Below are positions 1 to 9,224 of a stretch of 64,000 nt of DNA, piece by piece. Made by a program: the position numbers and the translations under genes. How positions within the stretch are numbered: the stretch's first letter is position 1; every line of letters begins with the position of its first letter. The notes beneath the pieces were generated by a model that was not told the origin of the DNA, did no database searches, and saw only the letters and a program-made list of their open reading frames with translations. The DNA lies in assembly GCA_026986775.1 (NCBI GenBank), contig JALSNX010000009.1:54450-118449 (forward strand), given 5' to 3'. This DNA is from a candidate division WOR-3 bacterium (lineage in GTDB: Bacteria; Hydrothermota; Hydrothermia; UBA1063; CAJXJZ01).

Positions 1-634
1 TAACCTCATCAGGAAGTTCAGAATACTCTGCCCGGGAAACATACGGAGGATTGGATACAATATAATCAAACTTGATATCCTTTCTGACATTATCCATAAA
101 GGCACAGTGTAAAAACTCAACATTTACTCTGTTCTTCTTTGCATTATACTCTGCGATTTTAAGAGCACGCTTACTTATATCAGTTGCCACCACTCTAAAC
201 CCACGCTTTGCAAGAGCTATTGCTATATTACCACTTCCAGTTCCAACATCAATTACTGTTCCGGGCCCATGCTTTAAAACCTCTTCAACAAGTATTTCTG
301 TTTCTGGTCGTGGAATTAAAACAGAGTTATCTACTGCAAGTTCTATGTCCATGAAATAAGCCCGCCCGAGTATGTACTCAAGAGGCTCCCCTTTCTTTCT
401 CCTGTTTATTATCTCAAGAGTCTGTGAAAAAAGAGACTCCATATTAATATTATTAGAGATGCCAGTTAGAAAACTCCCCATATCTTTTCCCGTAAAGTGA
501 TACACAATATCACTCAACTCCCTTTCAGGAAAAAGCGTAATACTCTCAAGTTCGTTTTTAAAGTATTTATAGTAATTTAACGGATTCAAGTTTTCTTCTT
601 TCCTCTTCTTCAAGTAACGGTATGATGATTTCAT
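1..634 (-). CDS. prmC: Release-factor glutamine N5-methyltransferase PrmC/HemK. Partial: the C-terminus runs off the window start, and the exact start codon is uncertain.
   Basis: Minus-frame translation gives [15 protein letters not shown] (SAM-binding GxGxG) and SNPPYVS (NPPY motif, encoded by plus 41-55). In-frame ATG at 634-632. Lies directly downstream of prfA, the classic prfA-prmC pair. Confidence 0.75.
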   Translation of the reverse strand, partial: MKSSYRYLKKRKEENLNPLNYYKYFKNELESITLFPERELSDIVYHFTGKDMGSFLTGISNNINMESLFSQTLEIINRRKKGEPLEYILGRAYFMDIELAVDNSVLIPRPETEILVEEVLKHGPGTVIDVGTGSGNIAIALAKRGFRVVATDISKRALKIAEYNAKKNRVNVEFLHCAFMDNVRKDIKFDYIVSNPPYVSRAEYSELPDEV

Positions 635-1625
635 CAAGGTTGCCCTCCATAATCTCATTGAGTTTATAAACAGTTAGCCCTATACGATGGTCTGTAACTC
701 TGTTCTGAGGAAAGTTATAGGTTCTTATCTTTTCACTTCTGTCCCCTGTACCTATAACAGATTTTCTGTGTTCGTCAACCTTCTTTCGCTCCTCCCTTTC
801 TTTTAAGTCTTTAAGTCGTGCCTTCAATAATTTCATGGCTTTTTCTCTGTTTTTATGCTGTGACCTCTCTTCACGGCAGACAACAACAAGACCTGTAGGA
901 ATATGAGTTATCCTTACTGCTGAATCTGTCATGTTAACATACTGCCCTCCTGGCCCCCCTGCCCTGAATGTATCAATCTTCAAATCATCAGGGTTGATTA
1001 CTATGTCATCTGCCTCCTCTGCTTCAGGTAAAACAACCACGGATGCTGTTGACGTGTGAATTCTACCGCCTGATTCAGTTACAGGAACTCTCTGAACCCT
1101 GTGTACACCAGATTCAAGGTGCAAATACCTGTAAGGGTCTTTTCCTTCAATGGTAAAGACAATTTCCTTAAATCCACCCATATCAGTTGGATGCGAATCC
1201 ATTACGGAGTAACGCCATCCCTTCTTCTCTGCATATTTCATATACATCCTGAACAGATCAGCTGCAAACAAGGCTGCCTCCTCTCCTCCAGCACCAGCCC
1301 GAATTTCTATAATGGCATTTTTATCCAGATTCATGGCGGAACGTAAAATAAGTTTTTTTAACTCCAGTATGAGTTTTTCTTTATCCTCTTCAAGTTTCTT
1401 AAGTTCTTCCTCGGCAAGTTCTCTCATCTCAGGGTCATCAAGCAGTTCTTTTGTCTCATTTATACTTTTCTGTAGCGCAATAATTTTCTCAGCCCTCTCC
1501 GCCAGTGGCAGAATCCGGGAATAAGCCTGTGCAATTTTCTTTCTCTCTCCTTCCGGAATCCCACCGGTAGAGAGTTTTCTTTCAAGTTCCTGTTTTTTAT
1601 TTACATAATCCTCAAGTCCTTTCAT
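567..1625 (-). CDS. prfA: Peptide chain release factor 1
   Basis: 352-aa ORF. Contains the GGQ motif ([12 protein letters not shown]), RVQRVP, and the [21 protein letters not shown] core typical of RF1. Confidence 0.95.
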   Translation of the reverse strand: MKGLEDYVNKKQELERKLSTGGIPEGERKKIAQAYSRILPLAERAEKIIALQKSINETKELLDDPEMRELAEEELKKLEEDKEKLILELKKLILRSAMNLDKNAIIEIRAGAGGEEAALFAADLFRMYMKYAEKKGWRYSVMDSHPTDMGGFKEIVFTIEGKDPYRYLHLESGVHRVQRVPVTESGGRIHTSTASVVVLPEAEEADDIVINPDDLKIDTFRAGGPGGQYVNMTDSAVRITHIPTGLVVVCREERSQHKNREKAMKLLKARLKDLKEREERKKVDEHRKSVIGTGDRSEKIRTYNFPQNRVTDHRIGLTVYKLNEIMEGNLDEIIIPLLEEEERRKLESVKLL

Positions 1626-4600
1626 GGCAAAACGATTATTCTGTTTTTCATCGTATATCCGTTTTTCATCTTAATTATACCAAAATAAACACCGTGGTCT
1701 AATTTTACAAAATGTCCGAAAGACTTTTTAATAGAGAATACTCTTCTACCTGTTATATCATACAGGACAACCTTTAAAACATCCTTCCATTGTTTTCCAA
1801 AGTATATACTCCCTCTAACAACAAGGTTTTGAAGTGAATTTTCCTGTAAGTGTTCTTTTTCTCTTACAAAAGATAGAGGCGGGATATAATTGTAATTTCC
1901 TGTTCTCTGGTTGTCATGTTGATATGTTGGCCAGTCACCAATAAATGAATCAGGTACGCCAAGTTCATACACGAACACCATGCTTGAAAAACTTGCAGAA
2001 ACAAGTTCTAAAGTACCGTCGCCATCAAGGTCACTTATAGCACTTGTAGGATAGGCATATCCATTAAGATCAATAGGGAAACCCGGATATATATCCGCAT
2101 TTTCTGTAAGAGCATACAACTTACCATCCACGCTTCCCTTGATTATCTCTTTGTAGCCGTCTCCATTTAAATCAACTGTTATACACTGATGGGGACCACC
2201 GGATGCCTCTGTAGTTGGATAGCCTTCAAGATAGCTTCCATCGTTTTTAAACACAGCCACACCTGTTCCCTGATTTACGAGAAGTTCAGGCACGCCATCT
2301 CCATCCACGTCTGATATGGAGGGATTATAGAAATAATCAAGATTATTTACCGGCCGTGTCCATATTGTATCTCCGCTGGAATTAAAAAGTATTGCATTAC
2401 CTCCCCTATCACACCCGAATATCTCAAGACCTGGTATATCAGGTCTTACATCGCCTATAACAAGGGGAGAATTAAACAGGAACGACCCTTTTGGAAAGCC
2501 ATTATTTACCACAAGTTCTGTATCATTGACCATGTGGAGTATCCATAACCCGGCGGAATCTGCCTTGCATCCTATAACGATATCCATTGTATCATCATTG
2601 TTTACATCACCCAGTGATGCAGGAGAAAACCCACCCGCATAAAGGTGTATGGAATCAAGCATTACCCCATGAATATTATAAACATATACACCACCAGACC
2701 TTGATACAAAAACTATCTCTGGCAGAGAATCACCATTTAAATCAGCAACAGCAGGACCTGTGAAATTTCCTTTTCTGACGTAAACAGGCCAGCCATCAAA
2801 TACTGTTCCATCTCCTTTTAATACCCACACATTGGTATAAGAGCCTCCTCCTGCTACAATCACCTCATCATAACCATCACCGTCAAGATCATACGATGCT
2901 GGCGCCGAATAAATTATGTCCCCTATATTCACAGGCCATCCGGGAAGAGGAATACCGTCTTTTGAGAATGCATACACTAAAGAATCCTCAAACGAGCCTA
3001 TTACTATTTCTTTACCCGGATAAAGAGGTGTAATATCCGCAACTAAGGGAGAAGAGTATCCAAGCCCACTTGCTGTAGCGGGCCATCCAGGAGCCATCTT
3101 TGGATTGGGTATTCCCTTCACAATATCTGAAAAACCACTCTCAAAACCGAAAGAATCAACAAAGGTCACCGCATAATAATAAACCGTGTCAAAAGATAAG
3201 CCTCTGTCAACATAATAGGGATACTTAAGAGGCAATAAATTTATTTTAACAAGTTTAAGAGAATCTGTTCCTCTATATAAATTATAAGCTCCATTTTTTT
3301 CTTCCCAGGTAAGTTTCACACCTTCAGAAATTGAAACAGTGGTAAGTCCCTGGGGAGGTTGAGGGTACATAATTTCCTTTATAATGAACTGAGTGTCAAT
3401 GACATGTGAATGTAGTCCAATACTCAATGGCAAATCCGACTCCTCAATCTTGAACCTGATTTTTCTTATTTCTTCAGGGCCAAGCACCGTGCTGAAATAA
3501 TAGTTCTGGTTTGAAGAAGTATTCACTTTAACATACACCGTATCGGATACGACACATGCGGCATTAACAAGAGATATGACAAGTGAATCGTTTACATATC
3601 TTATGCCATCCAGAGCAATCAGAGGTCCATAAGCGATTAACGACGTATCCTTATAAAACCCTCCACTTTCAAAAGCTGCACGACAGGATAATAGACTTTG
3701 CCCTGAAAACCATGGTATCCTTACTGTATCGGACACTATAAACTCGCCCTGTGCCTTAAAAGAATCATCGTAGAAAATGCCATCTTCTGTGAAGCAACTG
3801 ATTCGCATCCATAAAGGCAGTACGGAAGGAACGCTACCCCTAATTGTAACAACGGCAGAATCACCTGAGATAATACGTTCTTCTGAATTCCCCTTTATTG
3901 CAATGCTATTAATTGATGGTCTGAAATAACCATTAACATACAGTGTTGTATCCACTCTATGGAAATTCCAGCCTGTGAGACTTAAAGAATGCAGTCCCCT
4001 TGTAAGCATACGAAGTGGGATTCGCACCTCACCCGATGCATCTGTCGTATCAATGATGATATACTCTCCATCCTTATAAAGAACAACTTTTATTTGCGAG
4101 GCAGGCTGGGAATCTTCTGAAAATACAACTACATGTAGATACATTGAATCTTCATAATAATTCATATATAAATTCTGTGGTGTTAGGGTATAAAATCTCA
4201 AAAGTGGTTCACCAAGAGTAATCATTGACATTATAACGTATCTATACCCATTATCACCACTATAAGCATACGACAAGTACGGTAATCTATATAGCCTCGT
4301 AGCATCACCCAGACTTTTACCTGAAGTTATGTTCTCATAAAAATGAACTCTCATAGGCGTGGTAAAAGAGAAATCATTTCTTGAACTTGCTCTTGCAGCA
4401 ATTGTGACCTCTTTCTGAAAAAATCCCTCAAGCAAGCATGTTCTATCTATAGCACCACTGTGACATGAAAATATATCAACAAATGTTGAATTGGTGGAAT
4501 CATCTGGAATATCACTTATTCCATAATATTCATTTGAGTAGTTTGCGTAAAATCCGTTTATATCTCCATGTGCCATGGTAAGGAAGTAGCCAACTCCCTC

Positions 4601-5272
4601 CCTAAGGTAATTGTTAATATCGGATATGGTAATGCTCTGCTCATCCTGATATAAAAAGTGTTTTTCCACTGAGTCTGGAAAGGCATCTGCTATCTGGTTC
4701 ACATAATAACTTCCATCAGCATCTGTCTGAATTGTAGAAGAATGAAAGAGCGCCCTTTTAGCATAAGAACCCACTGATTTTTCAAAATACTTTATTCTAT
4801 CAACATAATCCATAAATTCAATGGCTGAATGAAATGTTCCACGAGTAACTGCTACATCCGGATACAGGTCCACGCTATCCTCTATCTCTCCAAATGTGTA
4901 ATCTCCATCGCTATTCCAATTACCATCAAGGCACATATAATAGTAATCGGAAGGTATATAGTCATCATCCCCATATCCCAGCCTCACAAGAACGGTTCTC
5001 GGAGGGATACTATCTGCATCAGCAGCAAGGAATACATACTCCACACCAAGTTTCATGTGCCATGCTCTTATTGCATTTCTTATTTTTTCCTGTATATCCT
5101 GCCCTGTAAAGTTCTCCTCTATCTCCTCTACAGTGAGAATTTTAGTAATATACCCCTCTTTTTCTCTATATACTTTTAGCGATTCAGCAGGCTCAACGAA
5201 GGATTCTGGTGTGATTATAAGGTATGAATAAAAACCAGGGTCTTTCAATGAGACCCTGGTCAATACAGTCAA
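1622..5272 (-). CDS. Large secreted multidomain protein: gingipain-like peptidase C25 domain, then FG-GAP/VCBS repeats, then a C-terminal T9SS (Por) sorting domain. The start codon is uncertain: the annotated TTG lies upstream of a terminator-like hairpin.
   Basis: His/Cys dyad context (TMAHGD ... FSCHSGA) typical of C25. Many DxDGDG/DLNGD repeats with hydrophobic partners, as in FG-GAP. The C-terminus ([20 protein letters not shown]) resembles a T9SS CTD. The stop overlaps the prfA start by 4 bp. Confidence 0.7.
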   Translation of the reverse strand: MTVLTRVSLKDPGFYSYLIITPESFVEPAESLKVYREKEGYITKILTVEEIEENFTGQDIQEKIRNAIRAWHMKLGVEYVFLAADADSIPPRTVLVRLGYGDDDYIPSDYYYMCLDGNWNSDGDYTFGEIEDSVDLYPDVAVTRGTFHSAIEFMDYVDRIKYFEKSVGSYAKRALFHSSTIQTDADGSYYVNQIADAFPDSVEKHFLYQDEQSITISDINNYLREGVGYFLTMAHGDINGFYANYSNEYYGISDIPDDSTNSTFVDIFSCHSGAIDRTCLLEGFFQKEVTIAARASSRNDFSFTTPMRVHFYENITSGKSLGDATRLYRLPYLSYAYSGDNGYRYVIMSMITLGEPLLRFYTLTPQNLYMNYYEDSMYLHVVVFSEDSQPASQIKVVLYKDGEYIIIDTTDASGEVRIPLRMLTRGLHSLSLTGWNFHRVDTTLYVNGYFRPSINSIAIKGNSEERIISGDSAVVTIRGSVPSVLPLWMRISCFTEDGIFYDDSFKAQGEFIVSDTVRIPWFSGQSLLSCRAAFESGGFYKDTSLIAYGPLIALDGIRYVNDSLVISLVNAACVVSDTVYVKVNTSSNQNYYFSTVLGPEEIRKIRFKIEESDLPLSIGLHSHVIDTQFIIKEIMYPQPPQGLTTVSISEGVKLTWEEKNGAYNLYRGTDSLKLVKINLLPLKYPYYVDRGLSFDTVYYYAVTFVDSFGFESGFSDIVKGIPNPKMAPGWPATASGLGYSSPLVADITPLYPGKEIVIGSFEDSLVYAFSKDGIPLPGWPVNIGDIIYSAPASYDLDGDGYDEVIVAGGGSYTNVWVLKGDGTVFDGWPVYVRKGNFTGPAVADLNGDSLPEIVFVSRSGGVYVYNIHGVMLDSIHLYAGGFSPASLGDVNNDDTMDIVIGCKADSAGLWILHMVNDTELVVNNGFPKGSFLFNSPLVIGDVRPDIPGLEIFGCDRGGNAILFNSSGDTIWTRPVNNLDYFYNPSISDVDGDGVPELLVNQGTGVAVFKNDGSYLEGYPTTEASGGPHQCITVDLNGDGYKEIIKGSVDGKLYALTENADIYPGFPIDLNGYAYPTSAISDLDGDGTLELVSASFSSMVFVYELGVPDSFIGDWPTYQHDNQRTGNYNYIPPLSFVREKEHLQENSLQNLVVRGSIYFGKQWKDVLKVVLYDITGRRVFSIKKSFGHFVKLDHGVYFGIIKMKNGYTMKNRIIVLP
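5226..5260 (-). terminator. Rho-independent terminator-like hairpin downstream of rplU
   Basis: Perfect 10-bp GC-rich inverted repeat ACCAGGGTCT / AGACCCTGGT (plus 5234-5243 and 5251-5260) around a 7-nt loop. On the minus strand it is followed by TTTTATT. Confidence 0.5.
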
Positions 5273-5315
5273 CGTTAAAATTATTACGTTAAAACCTATA
5301 TGAGCAATCCTCCGG

Positions 5316-5624
5316 TTAGGAAATTATGTCTGCTACTTTTACAACACTATACTTCTGTCTGTGTCCATAGGTTCTCTTATAATCTTTGCGCCTTTTAAAC
5401 TTGAAAACAATTATCTTTTTTGTGCGCCTATCCTCTATTTTCTCAAGCACCACCTTTGCATTTTCTACATAAGGTTTTCCGATTTTAATATCGGAATCAT
5501 TTTTCAGAACCATTACCCTATCAATTTCTATCTTATCCACATCATCCCCAAGAAACGGCACTTCTATAACATCTCCTTTCTTTGCTGTAAACTGTTTTCC
5601 TTTTACTTCAAATGTTGCCTCCAT
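5316..5624 (-). CDS. rplU: 50S ribosomal protein L21
   Basis: 102-aa basic protein. The KQFTAKKGDVIEVP ... KIIVFKFKRRKDYKRTYGHRQ pattern fits the bL21 family. Confidence 0.85.
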   Translation of the reverse strand: MEATFEVKGKQFTAKKGDVIEVPFLGDDVDKIEIDRVMVLKNDSDIKIGKPYVENAKVVLEKIEDRRTKKIIVFKFKRRKDYKRTYGHRQKYSVVKVADIIS

Positions 5625-6004
5625 TACTGACCTCCTTGATTTGTTGGTGCAGGAATATTTTGTTCACTCTGTGGGGCAGGTGATGGCTGGACAGGCGCAG
5701 GCTGCTGTTGTGTGGCCTGTTGCTGTTTCATGGCCCTTTCAAGTGCCCTCTGATAGGCACTCTTTGCCCCGCCCTGTGGTTGGTTAATATAAGACAAAAA
5801 GAGTGATAAAATCATAAACACAGCACCAAATCCAGCTGTAAGTTTAACGAAAAAGCTTGGAGCCTCACGAGCACCAAGTATATTTTCCATGCCACCACCG
5901 CCAAAGACTCCCCCCAGGCCACCATGTTTTGGTTCCTGTATGAGGATTACAAGCGCCATTAAAATAACAATTATGATATACAACACCAGAAGTACTGTGT
6001 ACAT
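5624..6004 (-). CDS. secG: Preprotein translocase subunit SecG, with a Gln/Pro-rich C-terminal extension
   Basis: Two transmembrane helices flank a Gly-rich loop (GGLGGVFGGGG), the SecG hallmark. Lies downstream of tpiA, a conserved tpiA-secG arrangement. Confidence 0.75.
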   Translation of the reverse strand: MYTVLLVLYIIIVILMALVILIQEPKHGGLGGVFGGGGMENILGAREAPSFFVKLTAGFGAVFMILSLFLSYINQPQGGAKSAYQRALERAMKQQQATQQQPAPVQPSPAPQSEQNIPAPTNQGGQ

Positions 6005-6013
6005 AATCTCCTC

Positions 6014-6772
6014 CTACCTGGAATTTTTAATAATTTCTGCAAAGTCAGCAGGGCTCAAGGAAGCCCCACCCACAAGAGCACCATCTATATGAGGTTCCTC
6101 TGTCAATTCCGCCACATTATGTGGCTTAACGCTACCACCGTAGAGAACAGGTATATTATCTGTACCAAAGAGTTTCCTGAGAATTTCCTTGATAAAAGCA
6201 TGCATTTCTTCTGCCTGTTCGGGCGTCGCAGTCCTTCCTGTCCCAATAGCCCATACAGGCTCATATGCTATGGAAATAGCATCTATATTCTTTCTTTCAA
6301 CACTTTTCAAACCTTCTACTAACTGCCTCTCTACAACTTCCTTATGCACTCCCTCTTCTCTCTCCCTGAGTGTTTCACCCACACAGTACATAGCTTTAAA
6401 TCCGTGTTTCAGCCCGCTTTCAATCTTAAGTGAAAATAGTTCCTCAGTTTCTCCAAAGTACTTCCTTCTCTCGGAGTGTCCAATGAGTATGTATTCAACT
6501 CCGATATCTTTAAGCATTAAAGGTGATATTTCACCAGTAAAAGCGCCTTTCTCCTCGTAAAACATGTTCTGGGCGCCGATTTTTACATCGGCCCCGCTGG
6601 TAAATTCCACTGCGGTTTTAAGCGCTGTAAATGGTGGGAAAATAACAATCTCATACTCGGTATTGATATCTTTTAATAATGGTAAAAAAGAAGAAAAAAA
6701 CTCTTCTGTCTCCTTAATAGTTTTGTTCATTTTCCAGTTGCCACCAATGATTTTTCTAATTTTTCTACTCAT
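6014..6772 (-). CDS. tpiA: Triosephosphate isomerase
   Basis: GGNWKMN near the N-terminus, IGHSERR, and the VGETLREREEG active-site region. Confidence 0.95.
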   Translation of the reverse strand: MSRKIRKIIGGNWKMNKTIKETEEFFSSFLPLLKDINTEYEIVIFPPFTALKTAVEFTSGADVKIGAQNMFYEEKGAFTGEISPLMLKDIGVEYILIGHSERRKYFGETEELFSLKIESGLKHGFKAMYCVGETLREREEGVHKEVVERQLVEGLKSVERKNIDAISIAYEPVWAIGTGRTATPEQAEEMHAFIKEILRKLFGTDNIPVLYGGSVKPHNVAELTEEPHIDGALVGGASLSPADFAEIIKNSR

Positions 6773-6828
6773 AGTATAATAATTTTAAAGTATTTACGCG
6801 GGTTATGCAAATAAGGACTGTGTCTGGC

Positions 6829-8001
6829 CTATTTTATTTCTTTCAGATATTTAAGTAAAAACTCGGCTCCTTTTTGCAGATTTTCCAGCGAATTGGCAAA
6901 AGAAATCCTTATATGTCCTTCTCCGGTAGGGCCAAAAGCGCTGCCCGGTAGCATCGCAACACCGTATTTTTCAAGCAGTCCTTTCGTAAATTCAACACTT
7001 GACATTTTTAAATCAAGTATACGTGGAAAGAAATAGAATGCCCCTTCTGGTTTCGGAATAAAAAGTCTGTCACTTTCCTGAAGTATATCGTATATAACAT
7101 CACGTCTTTTTCTAAATTCGGTAACCATTTTCTTTACAAAATCGTCTCCCTCTTTGAGAGCCACTATCCCGGCATATTGGACAAATGGAGGAACACATGA
7201 AATGGAATTCTGGATAATTTTTACAACAGGTTTTACAAGTACGTCTGGCAAAACACCCCACCCAAGGCGCCATCCGGTCATGGCATAGGTTTTTGAAAAA
7301 CCATCCACAATAACCAGAAGTCCTTTATCATCCTTTTCTGCCATTCGGGTTATGGATATATGCTCTTTTTCATATGTTATGCGCGAATACACCTCGTCTG
7401 ATATTATCAGAATCTTTCTATCTCGCGCTATTTCCAGGATTTCTAATAGATCGGTGGCAGATGCCATTTTACCGGTGGGGTTTGAAGGATAATTTATTAT
7501 TATGGCTTTTGTTCTTCTTGTAATTTTGCTTTTTATTTCATCAGGGTCTATCGTGTTTCTCTCCTCTACATTTATGCTGTAATAGATCGGTTGCCCTCCT
7601 GCAAATCTTACGAGGCTCGCATAGGATAAATATCCTGGACTTGGCAGCAAAACGTTATCTCCGTCATTGAGAATAGCCATAAGAACAAACAGTAAAATTG
7701 GCTTTCCACCGGGAGTAATTACTACGTTGTCAGGACTAACGTCAATATTTCTGAAGTTCTTTTCATATCTGGATATCTCCTCACGTAATGACAGTATACC
7801 CTGAGAGGCTGTATAATGGGTTTCTCCCTTATTCAGGGCTTCAAGGAGAGCCTCCTTCACCTTGCTATCTGTATCAAAGTCAGGTTCACCAATTTCAAAA
7901 TGTATAATCTCTTTACCCTGTCTTTCAAGCTGTTTTGCGTAAGATAGAACTCTGAACGAATCTGACTCTTTTAAATTATTAACAGTACGGGAAAGAATCA
8001 T
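6829..8001 (-). CDS. PLP-dependent class I aminotransferase (aspartate aminotransferase family)
   Basis: SKTYAMTGWRLGW (PLP-lysine region), NPTG, and an overall length of about 390 aa. Confidence 0.85.
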   Translation of the reverse strand: MILSRTVNNLKESDSFRVLSYAKQLERQGKEIIHFEIGEPDFDTDSKVKEALLEALNKGETHYTASQGILSLREEISRYEKNFRNIDVSPDNVVITPGGKPILLFVLMAILNDGDNVLLPSPGYLSYASLVRFAGGQPIYYSINVEERNTIDPDEIKSKITRRTKAIIINYPSNPTGKMASATDLLEILEIARDRKILIISDEVYSRITYEKEHISITRMAEKDDKGLLVIVDGFSKTYAMTGWRLGWGVLPDVLVKPVVKIIQNSISCVPPFVQYAGIVALKEGDDFVKKMVTEFRKRRDVIYDILQESDRLFIPKPEGAFYFFPRILDLKMSSVEFTKGLLEKYGVAMLPGSAFGPTGEGHIRISFANSLENLQKGAEFLLKYLKEIK

Positions 8002-8017
8002 CTTGTACCCCGCAGGC

Positions 8018-9145
8018 TTATTCTTCTATAATCTCCACATTCGCTCTGGGCACTGTAACACGAGAACCATCATCAAATTGAACCTCAAGCACCCTCACCA
8101 TGGCCTCTGTCTCTATTTTCTGCAATTCCGCGGGGAGCGAGACAACTGTTCCGATCCTGCCAAAATATGGCTCCCTTATTATACGTACTCTCGTTTTCCC
8201 TATTATAATACCACCTTCCTGCATCTCCCTGTCATCACCCTTAATCTCAAGTGTTTCATCTGGCACAATTACTTCTGGCCTTATAACACCTGCTCTTATC
8301 TGTGTAGCACCGCTTACAGAACACTTCTTGCCTTCAAGAGACTTGAGAAGTTCAAAGGTTCTTTTTGCCATGTTAAGTTTTCCAAAACCCTCAGTAACTA
8401 TAAGGGTTATCCCCTTACCCTCATTTCCAGTTATTGCAACGCCTATGTCATATCCAAGGAACTCTCTAAGGTTTTTATCATCAATCCAGCCAACAACAAT
8501 ACCTTTAACTCCTATCCTTGCAGCCTTTTTCAAAGCTCCTGCGGTTACAAAAGAGCCACCTACAAGCACTTTACCTTTGTGTTCTTCTTTTATGACACTT
8601 TCATCAACAACAAACTCCGGAGAATCGGCAATTACATGAAGAACCCCTATCCGCTCCTCTCCAATACCAAAAATGCCCTGTACTAAAGATGCCTTTGTCT
8701 CAACCACAACACCTTCATTCTCAAATATATCGGTAACAACACCGTCAACGTAGGCATTGACTTCCACTGGAATTGGAGCCTCCCTTAAAATAATCTGACC
8801 CGTTATGCTTGAAACGGACTCAATCACACCATCTATAGGCGCTGTAACAGTTGTCTTAAAAAGCCCAAAGAAGCTCTTTGACATGGCAATGGGTTCACCC
8901 TTTTTCACGGTATCACCGGGCTTTTTCAACATAAGCTGAGGTACATCCTCGGGAGGCACTGAAAGAAGCCCGGCCACATTTACAGGATGCACATTGCCCG
9001 GCAGCTCGGTTCTGGCCACTATGTCTTCAGCCTTGACCTTATCTCCCTTCTTAACAAGAACCTCCCCTGTCAGTGGCAATCTTCTTTCTTTCCTGATGAT
9101 TGTTGCCTTTGTTACTTTAAGACCTGGTGTATATGCATGTGCCAT
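8018..9145 (-). CDS. Conserved hypothetical protein with barrel-sandwich hybrid (lipoyl/NqrA-RnfC-N-like) motifs
   Basis: GEVLVKKGDKVKAEDIVA and KKGEPIAMSK hybrid-motif-like segments. GGAGG RBS upstream of the ATG at 9145. No family I can name with confidence. Confidence 0.55.
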   Translation of the reverse strand: MAHAYTPGLKVTKATIIRKERRLPLTGEVLVKKGDKVKAEDIVARTELPGNVHPVNVAGLLSVPPEDVPQLMLKKPGDTVKKGEPIAMSKSFFGLFKTTVTAPIDGVIESVSSITGQIILREAPIPVEVNAYVDGVVTDIFENEGVVVETKASLVQGIFGIGEERIGVLHVIADSPEFVVDESVIKEEHKGKVLVGGSFVTAGALKKAARIGVKGIVVGWIDDKNLREFLGYDIGVAITGNEGKGITLIVTEGFGKLNMAKRTFELLKSLEGKKCSVSGATQIRAGVIRPEVIVPDETLEIKGDDREMQEGGIIIGKTRVRIIREPYFGRIGTVVSLPAELQKIETEAMVRVLEVQFDDGSRVTVPRANVEIIEE

Positions 9146-9224
9146 TTTTTCTAATCCTCCACTTTATGCTTGTTTAACACTATGAGAATAAATTATTTTA
9201 CATAGAGAGTCAAGCCATTCCATC

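Noticed and set aside
8003-8686. 227-aa and 179-aa plus-strand ORFs antisense to the 375-aa minus-strand gene. Similar shadow ORFs: 72..359, 1101..1524, 4829..5179, 18506..19262, 30740..31250.
   Set aside because: The translations are low-complexity or Cys/Ser-rich with no motifs. The opposite strand encodes recognisable conserved proteins. These are classic antisense shadow ORFs.
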